Assembly (NCBI RefSeq): GCF_016433145.1
Contig: NC_058131.1
Span: 404,004,893-404,068,892, forward strand
DNA length: 64,000 bases
From: Gracilinanus agilis
Taxonomy: Eukaryota
Direction of reading: 5' to 3'
Shown piece by piece: positions 38,969 through 49,346 of this stretch. The notes under the pieces were generated by a model, which worked only from the letters and a program-made list of their open reading frames with translations, was not told where the DNA came from and did no database searches. Position numbers and translations under genes: made by a program. The first letter of the stretch is position 1. Each line of letters starts with the position of its first letter.

Positions 38969-39262
38969 CAGTAATGGCGAACCTTTTAGAGATGGGAGTG
39001 CCAGGTCCTGCCCCCACCCCTAAGACCATGTTCTGTGTCCCACCTTTACCCCAAACAGGGAGGGGGAAAAGAGCTCCCATTGGGCTGCTGGGCAGAGGGA
39101 CAGATCATGTGAGAAATGTCCTCAGCCCAGGTGAAAAGGGGGAGGAGAGTCCCTCTGCCTTTCTAGTAATGAACTGGGGATTTGTGGGGAGGCAGCTGAG
39201 TGCCCACAGAGAGCCATCTGCATGTCATCTTTGGCACCAGTACCATAGGTTCTCTATCACTG
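38969..39262 (+). mobile_element. Non-autonomous hAT DNA transposon (MITE), copy 2, inserted in an L1
   Basis: 16-bp TIRs CAGTAATGGCGAACCT / AGGTTCTCTATCACTG and 8-bp TSD ccatataa/ccatatag. Confidence 0.88.
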
Positions 39263-39544
39263 CCATATAGGAATGTAAACGGTTTAACTTTAAAGTTTCA
39301 TATGATTACTTTCATGTTTACCTTTTTTTCCTTCTCGAGTCTTCTGTTTGAATGTCAAATTTTTAATTTAATTTTAGACATTTCATCAGAAATACTTGAA
39401 AGTGCTCTATTTCATTTAAATATCCCTTTTCCCCCTGAAGGATTATAATAAATTTTGTTGGGTAGATTATCCTTGATTGTAATCCCACCTCCTTTGCCTT
39501 CTGGCATATCATATTCCAAATCCTCTATTAAAAGAAAATGCTAA

Positions 39545-39722
39545 GGTAGCTCAGTGGATTGAGAGTCAGGCCTAGAGACAGGAGGTCCGAGGTTCAAATC
39601 TGGCCTCAGCCACTTCCCAGCTGTGTGACCCTGGGCAAGTCACTTGACCCCCATTGCCCACCCTTACCACTCTTCCACCTAGGAGCTAATACACAGAAGT
39701 TAAGGGTTTAAAAAAAAAAAAA
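39545..39722 (+). mobile_element. SINE1-type element inserted in L1 ORF1
   Basis: 15-bp TSD aaaagaaaatgctaa at a TT/AAAA site. Confidence 0.92.
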
Positions 39723-40299
39723 AAAAGAAAATGCTAAATCTTCTGTCATCCTAACTGTGGTTCCATGATGTTTGAATTGTTTCTTCCTGCCTACTTTTGA
39801 GGTGTTTTCTCTTTGACCTAAGAGTTCTAGAATTTGGCTATAATACTTATAGGTGTTTTCATTTTGGGATCTCTTTCAGAAGATGATCAGTGGATTCTTT
39901 CCATTTCTAGTTTACCCTCTGGAACTATGATATATGGGCAGTTTTCCTTGATAATTTCTTGAAATATTAGGACTCTTTCTTTGATCATGGGTTTCAGGTA
40001 ATCCAATAATTCTTAAATTATCTCTCCTGGATCTATCTTCCAGGTCAGTTGTTTTCCCAATGAAATATCTCATTTTTCTTTTTACATTTTTTTTCTTTTT
40101 AAATTATTTCTTAAAAGTGTTATGGAGTCATTAACTTCCACTTATCCAATTCTAATTTTTAAGAAATTATTTTCTTCAGCAAGCTTTTGTAACTTTTCTT
40201 CCATTTGGGGAATTCTGTTTTTGAAGTTCTCCTCCTTGGTGAATTTTTGTGTGCCTTTTACCAATAGGCCAATTGTTTTTTTGTTTTTTGTTTTAATTT

Positions 40300-40500
40300 T
40301 TTTTTAAACCCTTACCTTCCATCTTAAAATCAATACTGTGTATTGGTTCTAGGGCAGAAGAGTGGTAAGGGCTAGTCAATGGGGGTTAAGTGATTTGTCC
40401 AGGGTCAAATAGCTAGAAAGTATCTGAGGCCAGATTTGAACCTAGGACCTCCCTTCTCTAGGCCTAGGTCTCAATCCACCGAGCGCCACCCAGCTGCCCC
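40300..40500 (-). mobile_element. SINE1-type element inside the L1
   Basis: Reverse consensus ending in ccacccagctgcccc. Confidence 0.85.
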
Positions 40501-42559
40501 CAAGCCAATTGTTTAAGGTGTTATTTTCTTCAGTATTTTTTGGACCTCTTTTACCAAGCTGTTCTTTTTTTCATCATTTTCTTATATCACTTTCATTTCT
40601 TTCCCCAATTTTCCTTCTTCCACTCATCTTTTTAACTTCTCTAGGAATTCTCATTGGTATGGAGTCCACTCAAAGTCTTTGAGGCTTTTTTTTTTTGGTT
40701 ATATTTCACATTGTTGTCTTCTTCTTAGTTTGTCTTGGTCTTCCCTGTCACCACAGTGGCTCTTTTTGGTCAAATTCTTTTTTCTGTTGTTTCCTCATTT
40801 TCCCAGCCTATTTATTTGCTCTGAATTTTGTTAAAGTTGAGATCAGCTCACCTGGGACAGAGACACTGCCTCAAGCTTCAGGCTTTATCAAACTGCTATT
40901 TCCCAAGCTGGTTCTGGAGGTCTGTGAGTTTTTAGTGCCTAGGTTTTTTGTCCTTCCAAGGTGGCAGAAGACTAGTCATTGTTCACTTGGTCTACACTCT
41001 GCTCTTTACTTGGGAAGGGCCTTGGTCCCCCGCAGCTGCAAGCACTAGAGCTCTTTGCTTTGGTACTATGACCAGGGACCCTGTTCTCTTGTGATCAACT
41101 ACCAGCACTCCTCTCTGCCCTGGAACTGTGACCCAGAAATGCATATGGACCATAGATTTGCCAATCAGCATCTGCTATACCTGGTATGGCAAAGGATCCC
41201 TAACAATGCCCTGACTGATTGTCTGATTCCCTTACTCTCTCTGGGCTGACACCTCCAGAAGCTACTTGCTGATGTGGCCAGACAGGTCTCTACCCTGGTG
41301 GTAGACTTTTCCTGCTAACCTATTTTCTTTAGGCCAGAAAATGTCTGTCTTCTTGTTGGCTCTGCCATTCTAAAATTTGATTTCAAGCATTATTTTAAAA
41401 GTTCTTTGGAAGGGAAAGTTGAGAGTTCAGCTGGGCAGCTGCCCCTAATCCAATATCTTGGCTCTGTCTCCTTATAGAAAAAATGCTTTTTCTAATTAGC
41501 ATTATCTCTTGGAGAGTATGTTTTCATGTGGTCAATAGAATTCCTTTGAAAATTGTTCTTTTCCTTTGGCCACTTATGTAATGGAGATGTATCTTAGTGT
41601 CATATATTTGCACCAATTCTCTATATTTTTGACAGCAGACTTTTGCTGGTGATATTTGATAAGAATGCTTTTTAAATTTTCAATGAGTTTACTCATGTAA
41701 AAGCTTTGTGTGATCAAAATAATCTTTCCTCTTATGATTTTCTTTATTCCCTTTATCAAGAATTCTTCTAGCCATGGTTGTGAACAGAATCTGATCTAAT
41801 TTTTTTTTAAATACTGTGACTATTTCTATTCAGGTGATATATCCATTTTAGCTTTTACTAAAGTGGTTTATGGAGTCCTTCCCTCAGTAATTTGTGTTCT
41901 CAGAACTAGATATAATTTCCACAAATCTAACTTTTACAGTAACAATAGTCACTATAAGTTTCCATGTGTATAGTATTTGTCTTCAATTATCTATTATAAT
42001 AGCTCTGAGACAAATATGATTATCCCTATATTATGAATGAAAAAAAAAGGTTTATTTGACATTTAATGACTTGCCATTTGAGGTCACACAGCTATTATAA
42101 TTTAGAGGCAGGATTCACAATGAGACTTTGCCTGTTACCAAGCCCAACAATCTTTCTATGATACCACACTGCCTTTTCAAGTAGGAATCTGGTTCTGGAT
42201 GAGTATTTTTAAAAAATGTTTTTTTTAACCTTTACCTTTTGTCTTAGAATCAATATTTAAATTGGTTCCAAGGCAGGGGCAGTAAGGGTTAGGCATTTAA
42301 GTATTTTTAAATTTTTTGCTTTACACTCCTAGTTACATATAAAGGTATCATATGGACAGCCATTCAGGCATAAATGGCTCCTTTTATTCCAGTACACAGT
42401 CTCTTATAATATTCTGATCTATTACACCAATATATGGCCACTATGAGTCATGACTGATAATGAATCAATAATTAATCCACTTGTATCTGACCTTGAGGAA
42501 AATAAGTAGCAGAACCACAGCAAATAGCTGGGACCATTTAGTGTTAAAACTGTCACAAT

Positions 42560-42775
42560 GGGGGACAGCTGAGTAGCTCAGTGGATTGAGAGCCAGGCCT
42601 AGAGATGGGAGGTCCTGGGTTCAAATCTGACCTCAGACACTTCCCAGCTGTGTGACCCTGGGCAAGTCACTTGACCCCCATTGTCTAGCTCTTACCACTC
42701 TTCTGCATTGGAGTCAATACACAGTATTAACTCCAAGATGGAAGGTAAGGGTTTAAAAAAATAAAAATTTTAAAA
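42560..42775 (+). mobile_element. SINE1-type element
   Basis: Full length; TSD ...tgtcacaat on both sides, at a TT/AAAA site. Confidence 0.88.
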
Positions 42776-42835
42776 AAAATGTCACAATATAATAGTCACA
42801 CAGTTGCACTGCCACAAAGGAATGAATGAGTCAAG

Positions 42836-43032
42836 GAGGCAGCTAAGTGGTTCAATGGAGAAAGTCAGGCCTGGAGAGGGGAGGTCCTAGGTTCAAATCT
42901 GACCTGACAGTTTCTGGCTGGGTGACCCCAGGGCAAGTCACTTAATCCCCATTGCCTAGCACTTATCATTTTACTACCTTGAACCAATACTCAGCACTTA
43001 TACCAACCAGAATGTAAGAGTTTGAAAAAAAA
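42836..43032 (+). mobile_element. SINE1-type element
   Basis: Perfect 15-bp TSD aatgaatgagtcaag at 42821-42835 and 43033-43047. Confidence 0.88.
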
Positions 43033-43941
43033 AATGAATGAGTCAAGCATTAACTTCCCTGTTCAATAATCTGAGACTAAATTATACATCATCAAACTAG
43101 CTTCCAAAGAACGAAGTATTTGAGGAGTGGCATTATAGCTCACCTCTGACACCATGGATCATGGCAAATTTGGGAGAGGAAAATCCTGCTACAGAGCCTC
43201 TTAACTGAGCCCCAACAAGGTTTTATTTTTCTTGTTGCTGGAGAAATGCCAAAACAACCTCTATCCCATTTTGATTCTTCTTGTGAATGATGTTGGTCAA
43301 TCTGATTTGTCCTAGAGGACAGTGAGCAACTATGATTAGCAATGGTGGGCTCAAGAGAATCTAAACAGGGTCAAGTGTTTCACATAAGATATTTATGAAG
43401 AGCACAGAACAGAGAGACATGGTTGTGTGTGGAAAAAAGGAATTGAGTAGGACACTAATCAAAGATCTCATGGAGTACACTTTGGGGAAAGACCCAGGTA
43501 AAAAGGAAGTAGGCCTAACTATATCAACTACCAACACACTTAAGAAAATGTAAAGGGAATAAAGATTCTAGGGCAGTCAGAGACATAAGGAAACAAAAGG
43601 ATATGCTTAGAAGGGCCTTAAAATTAGAAAGAAATAGGGAAAGATCTTCATTTTACTTTGAGGCCAGAAGTTAAGGGGTACTGGTGGTTGTGCTCCAATT
43701 ATAACTAAAGGACCTTCGAGATGGACAGAGTATGGATGGGCCTTGTAGTTTGCTTTCCATATTTCTTTCAGAAGAGAGGCACATCCAATGTGATAAATCT
43801 GTATGTGTGTACCTGACAATCTGTGATCCAATAAAGCTTACTTGTTCCTTCACCTTGTGACAGCCCTGCTGGCAAGTTACTGAGCCCACAGATAAAAAGT
43901 GGTTTTCTCCATAGGGGAGAATTCTTGCATTCAATAAACAC

Positions 43942-44121
43942 NNNNNNNNNNNNNNNNNNNNNNNNNNNNNNNNNNNNNNNNNNNNNNNNNNNNNNNNNNN
44001 NNNNNNNNNNNNNNNNNNNNNNNNNNNNNNNNNNNNNNNNNNNNNNNNNNNNNNNNNNNNNNNNNNNNNNNNNNNNNNNNNNNNNNNNNNNNNNNNNNNN
44101 NNNNNNNNNNNNNNNNNNNNN
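43942..44121. other. Assembly gap, 180 N
   Basis: Run of N. Confidence 1.
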
Positions 44122-44782
44122 GTGCTGTAGACTATTGTGTAGTGATGATTAACGAAGCAAGGGAAAAGCACCACTCAAATCAGAATGCTAAGACTTCCTT
44201 GGTTCAATTTGACTAAGTGTTATATGCTAGAATTTACATAGACACAGCTATGAAGTATTGGGGAACTTGGAAGATGATGTAATTTTCAAATTACACTCCT
44301 CCATGGATGTATAACTAGGAGTGGGTTTCAACATTTCTAACATGATAACATAATGTAAAAATCAGGGGGTAGTTTTCATCTATCTGTTTGTTACTTTGTA
44401 ACTTTAGGATCCACTCGAGGCTGGGCTGGGCTGGGCTGGACTTCGTGGAGTTCTTTCATTACCAAGTCTATTCTTTAAGAACAAGCTTCTCTCCACGGGC
44501 ACAAATACAATAAGTAACAATACTGAAGTCTGAACGAAGTAATTTGTATAACAATTAGAACTTTACTTTCAAAATTGACTTTTTTTTTTTAAGTTAAGGC
44601 ATTAACAGGTGTTGGTTAACACCAAGTGACCAGTTTAGTCTCAATTAAAACAAATCATTTAGTCAAATTTCTAAATCTCTTTCAGAGGTGGTCTGATTTG
44701 TCACAACTTGACTGGTGCTTCTTTCCTCACTGTCCTTCACATCAAGCCAAGGTCCAATTATTTTCAGTAAACGTTTGACAGC
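44122..44782 (-). other. PAIP2: PAIP2 3' UTR segment between two assembly gaps
   Basis: The minus strand reads GCTGTCAAAC...AAAGAAGCACCAGTCAAGTTGTG and GATTTGAGTGGTGCTTTTCC, matching the recalled human PAIP2 3' UTR. It lies directly downstream of the last acceptor. Confidence 0.8.
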
Positions 44783-45021
44783 NNNNNNNNNNNNNNNNNN
44801 NNNNNNNNNNNNNNNNNNNNNNNNNNNNNNNNNNNNNNNNNNNNNNNNNNNNNNNNNNNNNNNNNNNNNNNNNNNNNNNNNNNNNNNNNNNNNNNNNNNN
44901 NNNNNNNNNNNNNNNNNNNNNNNNNNNNNNNNNNNNNNNNNNNNNNNNNNNNNNNNNNNNNNNNNNNNNNNNNNNNNNNNNNNNNNNNNNNNNNNNNNNN
45001 NNNNNNNNNNNNNNNNNNNNN
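44783..45021. other. Assembly gap, 239 N
   Basis: Run of N. Confidence 1.
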
Positions 45022-48000
45022 ACCTGGAAAGTAAGAAAGCAAGTTTACTAAAAGCCTGCTCCTAAAAGCTCATTCGTATTCATTATTTCCCCACATGCAA
45101 AAGTAGTTTTAAGTTCAAGACAAAGCAACAACTCAAGGTTCAATTCGGAAGATCGGTCATTAACCCCACAACAAAGGAAAAGAGAACCAAATGTATGTAA
45201 TAGCCTCCTCACATTAAAGCAATGTAAGATATTCTCAACAAGTTGGAATTCAGGGAAGTTAGAATTTAACCAGGAATACATATTTCATATTAACTGATGG
45301 CATCACTTTGCTCAAAGAGCTCTGGTGATCTAAGCATGATGCCTGCTTTTCTTTGAAAACCAAAAACTTAGACCACTTAAAGTTATAGGTAGTCTAACAA
45401 CGTCTGTATGCATTATTTATTTATTTTAAACCCTTACCTTTTTTCTTAGAATCAATACTTTGTATTGGTTCCAAGGCAGAAGAGCAGCAAGGGCTGGGCA
45501 ATTGGAGTTAAGTGACCTGCCCAGGGTCACACACACTAAGGAACCCAGGACATCCTGTCTCTAGGCCTGGCTCTCTCAGCCTTCTCTAGCCACCTTGTTG
45601 CCCCTCTAAACCTTATTATCAAAAGTTTCTGATAAGATGCTTTCACTAGAAACACTGTGTTGGTCAGTCAAATAAAGAATTATGATGAAGTCTACAGATC
45701 ATGGAGACCCTGATTTCTTTGTTCCTCCCTTTCCCTGAATGCCTTTTAGGAGCTGAAAGATGTAAAATCCCAAATGAATCAATCTACTATTTGTTAGTAT
45801 TGAGGATGAGCAAAAGATCAAAATTACTGAGCAAAACTCCTTTAGTATGTAGAAAGCTAATGTTTCCTAAATCCTACTGTAGGTAATGTTTATTGGAAAG
45901 AAGCCTGAGTTCTATTCTTACCCAAGTTCTCCATCACTGGACTAGTTGTATGACCTCAGGCAACTGACTTACTTTTTATCTACCTCAGTTTTTTCATCTC
46001 TAAAATGTGGTAGTTGAGCTAGATGATCTCTAAGGCTTATAGTTCTCAAATTCTATTATTTTTTAGGCTTTCCTCAGGCTTGCAAGTGCACAAACCAGAG
46101 GACAAAACATAAGGGAGCAAAGACATGCCTTTGAATTCACAAATTCTTCTACTGCCGCTTGATTTGGCAACCAATGAAGAAAAAAGGCATCAGGATGCAC
46201 TTCAGGGCACGGGACACCTGGGCCTTCTAGATGGACTCTGGTTTTTAGGTTATCAGCTAGAAATTGTACATGATTATATCCTCAATATCCTGTGGCAAGA
46301 ACTTAAAATACCATTTTCATATTTGATACATAGTAAGATTGCCTTACTTAGGATGTATTCCCCCACCCCAAGTAAAAATATGAAAAACTTCATGCCATAA
46401 TAATACAAAATGCATATGAATCTTTTTAGCAACTAGAGAGAAATAAGATTATTCATATTTTAAGTAATACTAATCGGCATTCAAATTGAACAAACCAAGC
46501 ACTGTACTGTAGTCATAATGAATAACATCCAAAGTTTATTCTTTATACCTAAGCACTTCCTTTCACAAAGACGACACTTGTATATATTTACTTATTGACT
46601 GAATTAATAACGTAGCTCTAAACAGGCAGACATATCAACAAATTACTCAGAATAAAAGTATTTGTTCCACCAATAGCTCTGTGTTTATTATAACAAAGGA
46701 CACACTTACACTGTAAATTTCAGTGTTCTCTAGTAGCCCTTCGGAATAGTACTCAAGCTCAGTGACCAAGCAACAGCTGCAAATGATGTTTCAGAGACTG
46801 GGAGTGAATTCCAGAGTGGCTAGGGGTTGTAAATAAGGATAGAAAAGCTGGCATTCAGTCCTCACTAGGTTCCTAGTTTGATTCTAGCCTTATTAGTTAT
46901 GTTAATCTGAAATGGAATTTAATCAAATAAAGACTTCTTGGGCCCCAGGCTAAATGTTGGTATTTAGCTTATATCAGAATTCTGAGAATTTCTCTTATTG
47001 CAAATATGAATCCTGTTTATTAACAGCTTTTTTCAGTAATAAAAAATGAAGGAAGAGTTAAAAAACACACTTGTGTAACTGATTTTTGCTAGGAGATTAT
47101 TAGAATCAAATCTAAGAAGATAAATGGTGAGTTGGAGTATTTGAATCAAAACTTTAGGTTATAAAAGGATCATTGATATTAAAATGATAGAATGGCTGAG
47201 GAGAAAATATTCAGAATCAGAATTTAATTTCTCAAATTTAAATAATCCTGTTCTTAACCAACTAATAATCACCATAGCCGTCCTTTTAAAGGAATGAAGC
47301 GATTACTTAAAGCCATTTAAATATTCTAGAAAGAGTAATAAATAAGGCAGGGAGATTAAGTGACTGAGACCAGGAATAAATAAATGTTCAATTTGAGACT
47401 AGAGCCAAGGAGACCCCAAGCTTTACTCCAAGTTGGGGCTGAGGCAGTTCATTTTGGTATAATCCAGCACAGAATCCCAAGCTTTGGAGCAGGCATCACA
47501 ACAATTTTGGCCAACAGAACTACTTCTGATGGAAAAATGATTTAGTAGAATCAGAAGATTTTAGAACTGGGAAAACTTTAGAGATCATCTAGTCCAACCC
47601 CCTTGTGTTACAGATGAATAAACAGGCTCAGAAAGATTAAATGCCTTACATAAGGTCATACAACTCTTAAGTGTAACAGGCAGGGTTCAAATTTGGGTCT
47701 TCTGAATGACTGAGATATACTACTCAGTACCTTTTCTCAGAGTAGAACAGAGAGCCAAGTTTTAAAAAGACAAAAAATAATATTTTTTTTACCACAAGAT
47801 CCTCCAGAGAAGAACTGTCACTGATGACAAGGTCATTAAACTGGTCCTGAATTTGGTCCATAGTTTGTGGGAGGTCTCGAGCTGGAATGAACCACTCATG
47901 TTCTTCTTCTTCTTCCAGCATTTCCTGGAAACAGCGTTCAATAAATTCTTCTTCCCACAACTCCTCTTCAATCTAGCAACAGAAAATTATTATTTTAGTG

Positions 48001-49346
48001 TAAAATATTAAGATACATTAGAAAAACAAATGCAATACCCACTTTGCTTCTGTTTTAAAAAGAGATTACTTTTTAAATTTAGTTGAAACATCTGTTTAGG
48101 GTACTTTAGGGATCAGTGCCATAAATTTACTAATATTAATAGGATATTTTTCTTTCCTCCACTATTTATGTTTGACAGAACAAATGACAAGTCAGAGAAG
48201 AAGGGATTACTTTTTTTTTTTAACCCTTATCTTCCATCTTGGAATCAATACTGTTTATTGGTTACAAGGCAGAAGAGAGGTAAGGGATAGGCATTGGGGA
48301 TTAAGTGACTTGCCCAGGATATCAAAAAGCTAGGAAATGTCTGAGACCACATTTGAACTCCAGACCTCCCATCTCTAGGCCTAGAGGGCATTACTTTTGA
48401 ACATCTTTTATCTGATGTGAGAAGCTGTCTTGGCTACTGCTGACAATATAATTACTTAGGAATATTCACTTAAAGAAGCTCAAGTCCTAAAAGAACACTA
48501 CCAAGTTTACACTGCTTTTTATGGCAAAGCTGAAGAAACTAACAATATCAAATACAATTTTAAAAGGAGTAAACAGACATACCATTGTCAACTGCCAATG
48601 TTAAAAGGGCAGTAATACAAGCTGAATCGATAAAACATGTATCTGAGTAACCCAAGAAACTAACCATTTTCAGAGGGACAAATAGCTGTGGTAACTAAAA
48701 TTAAAACTTTTAAGAAAATAAGGCTTTTGCAAGTTTGGTTAGGCTTCTGCCTACACATTTAATATGAGAGAGTAACCGTGGTATATCTAGATTATGTCTT
48801 AGCAAAGAAAAATCCACATTTTAGGTTGTAAGTTCACAGCCTCAATGAGTGTCAACATTGCATAATAGATAGGGGGCTGGTCTGAAAGGCAGGAAGACCC
48901 TGTGCTCAAGTCTTCCTCTAATAAGTGCCTGGCTGTATGACCCTGGGCAAGTCACTAAGCTTCTTAATTCATAGCAGTAATTCTAACACTATACTATAAG
49001 TTGAAGAGAAGGAGCTGACCTACACTGGTACAAAGAGTTTCATCATCTTGGCATTCCCTACCTAAACCAATGAGCCCATGGTCATATTTGTCTTAGTTGC
49101 AAAATATGAAGGAACATACTCTCCAAGGAAATACAAGTCTATTTATTCCAACACTAGAAAGAGCACAGGTCTAGGAAAAAAATCTTTACACAAAACACAA
49201 CCACAAACCTGTCTGTTGAATTCCTCTTCGTTTTCCATCCACATGTACTCAGCAAATGGATTATCATCTTCATGAGAATGACCATTAATAATCACATCTT
49301 CATTGATGATGCTTGGGCTAGTACTGCTGCGACTTGGATCTTTCAT
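45022..49346 (-). CDS. PAIP2: Poly(A)-binding protein-interacting protein 2; coding exons 49346-49209 and 47972-47793, with the last exon starting at 45023 and running into an N gap
   Basis: [46 protein letters not shown]|[60 protein letters not shown] matches recalled human PAIP2. The acceptor ttcttactttccag|GT lies immediately before the gap. The acceptor of the ATG-containing exon is at 49372/49373. Confidence 0.95.
45425..45605 (-). mobile_element. SINE1-type element in the last PAIP2 intron
   Basis: Reverse consensus with an internal deletion. Confidence 0.8.

Larger units (their letters stand above)
37190..41460 (-). mobile_element. Degenerate LINE-1: probable 5' region, ORF1, start of the ORF2 endonuclease, then ORF2 3' end and 3' UTR; interrupted by SINEs, a MITE and (TA)n
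   Basis: Minus-strand remnants WNMICQKAKEVGLQSRIIYPTK (ORF1, about 39440-39520) and KNAVVAIITSDK plus NYIMLKDIIDNEVI (endonuclease, 38151-38272), and typical L1 3' sequence at 37190-38140. Outer boundaries approximate. Confidence 0.85.

Noticed and set aside
38620-39270. 216-aa plus-strand ORF
   Set aside because: A chimera of (TA)n, antisense L1 and the hAT MITE; no transposase motifs.
45924-45939. AAGTTCTCCATCACTG resembling the MITE right TIR
   Set aside because: It lies within a MIR-like CORE sequence with no matching left TIR or internal core; chance similarity.
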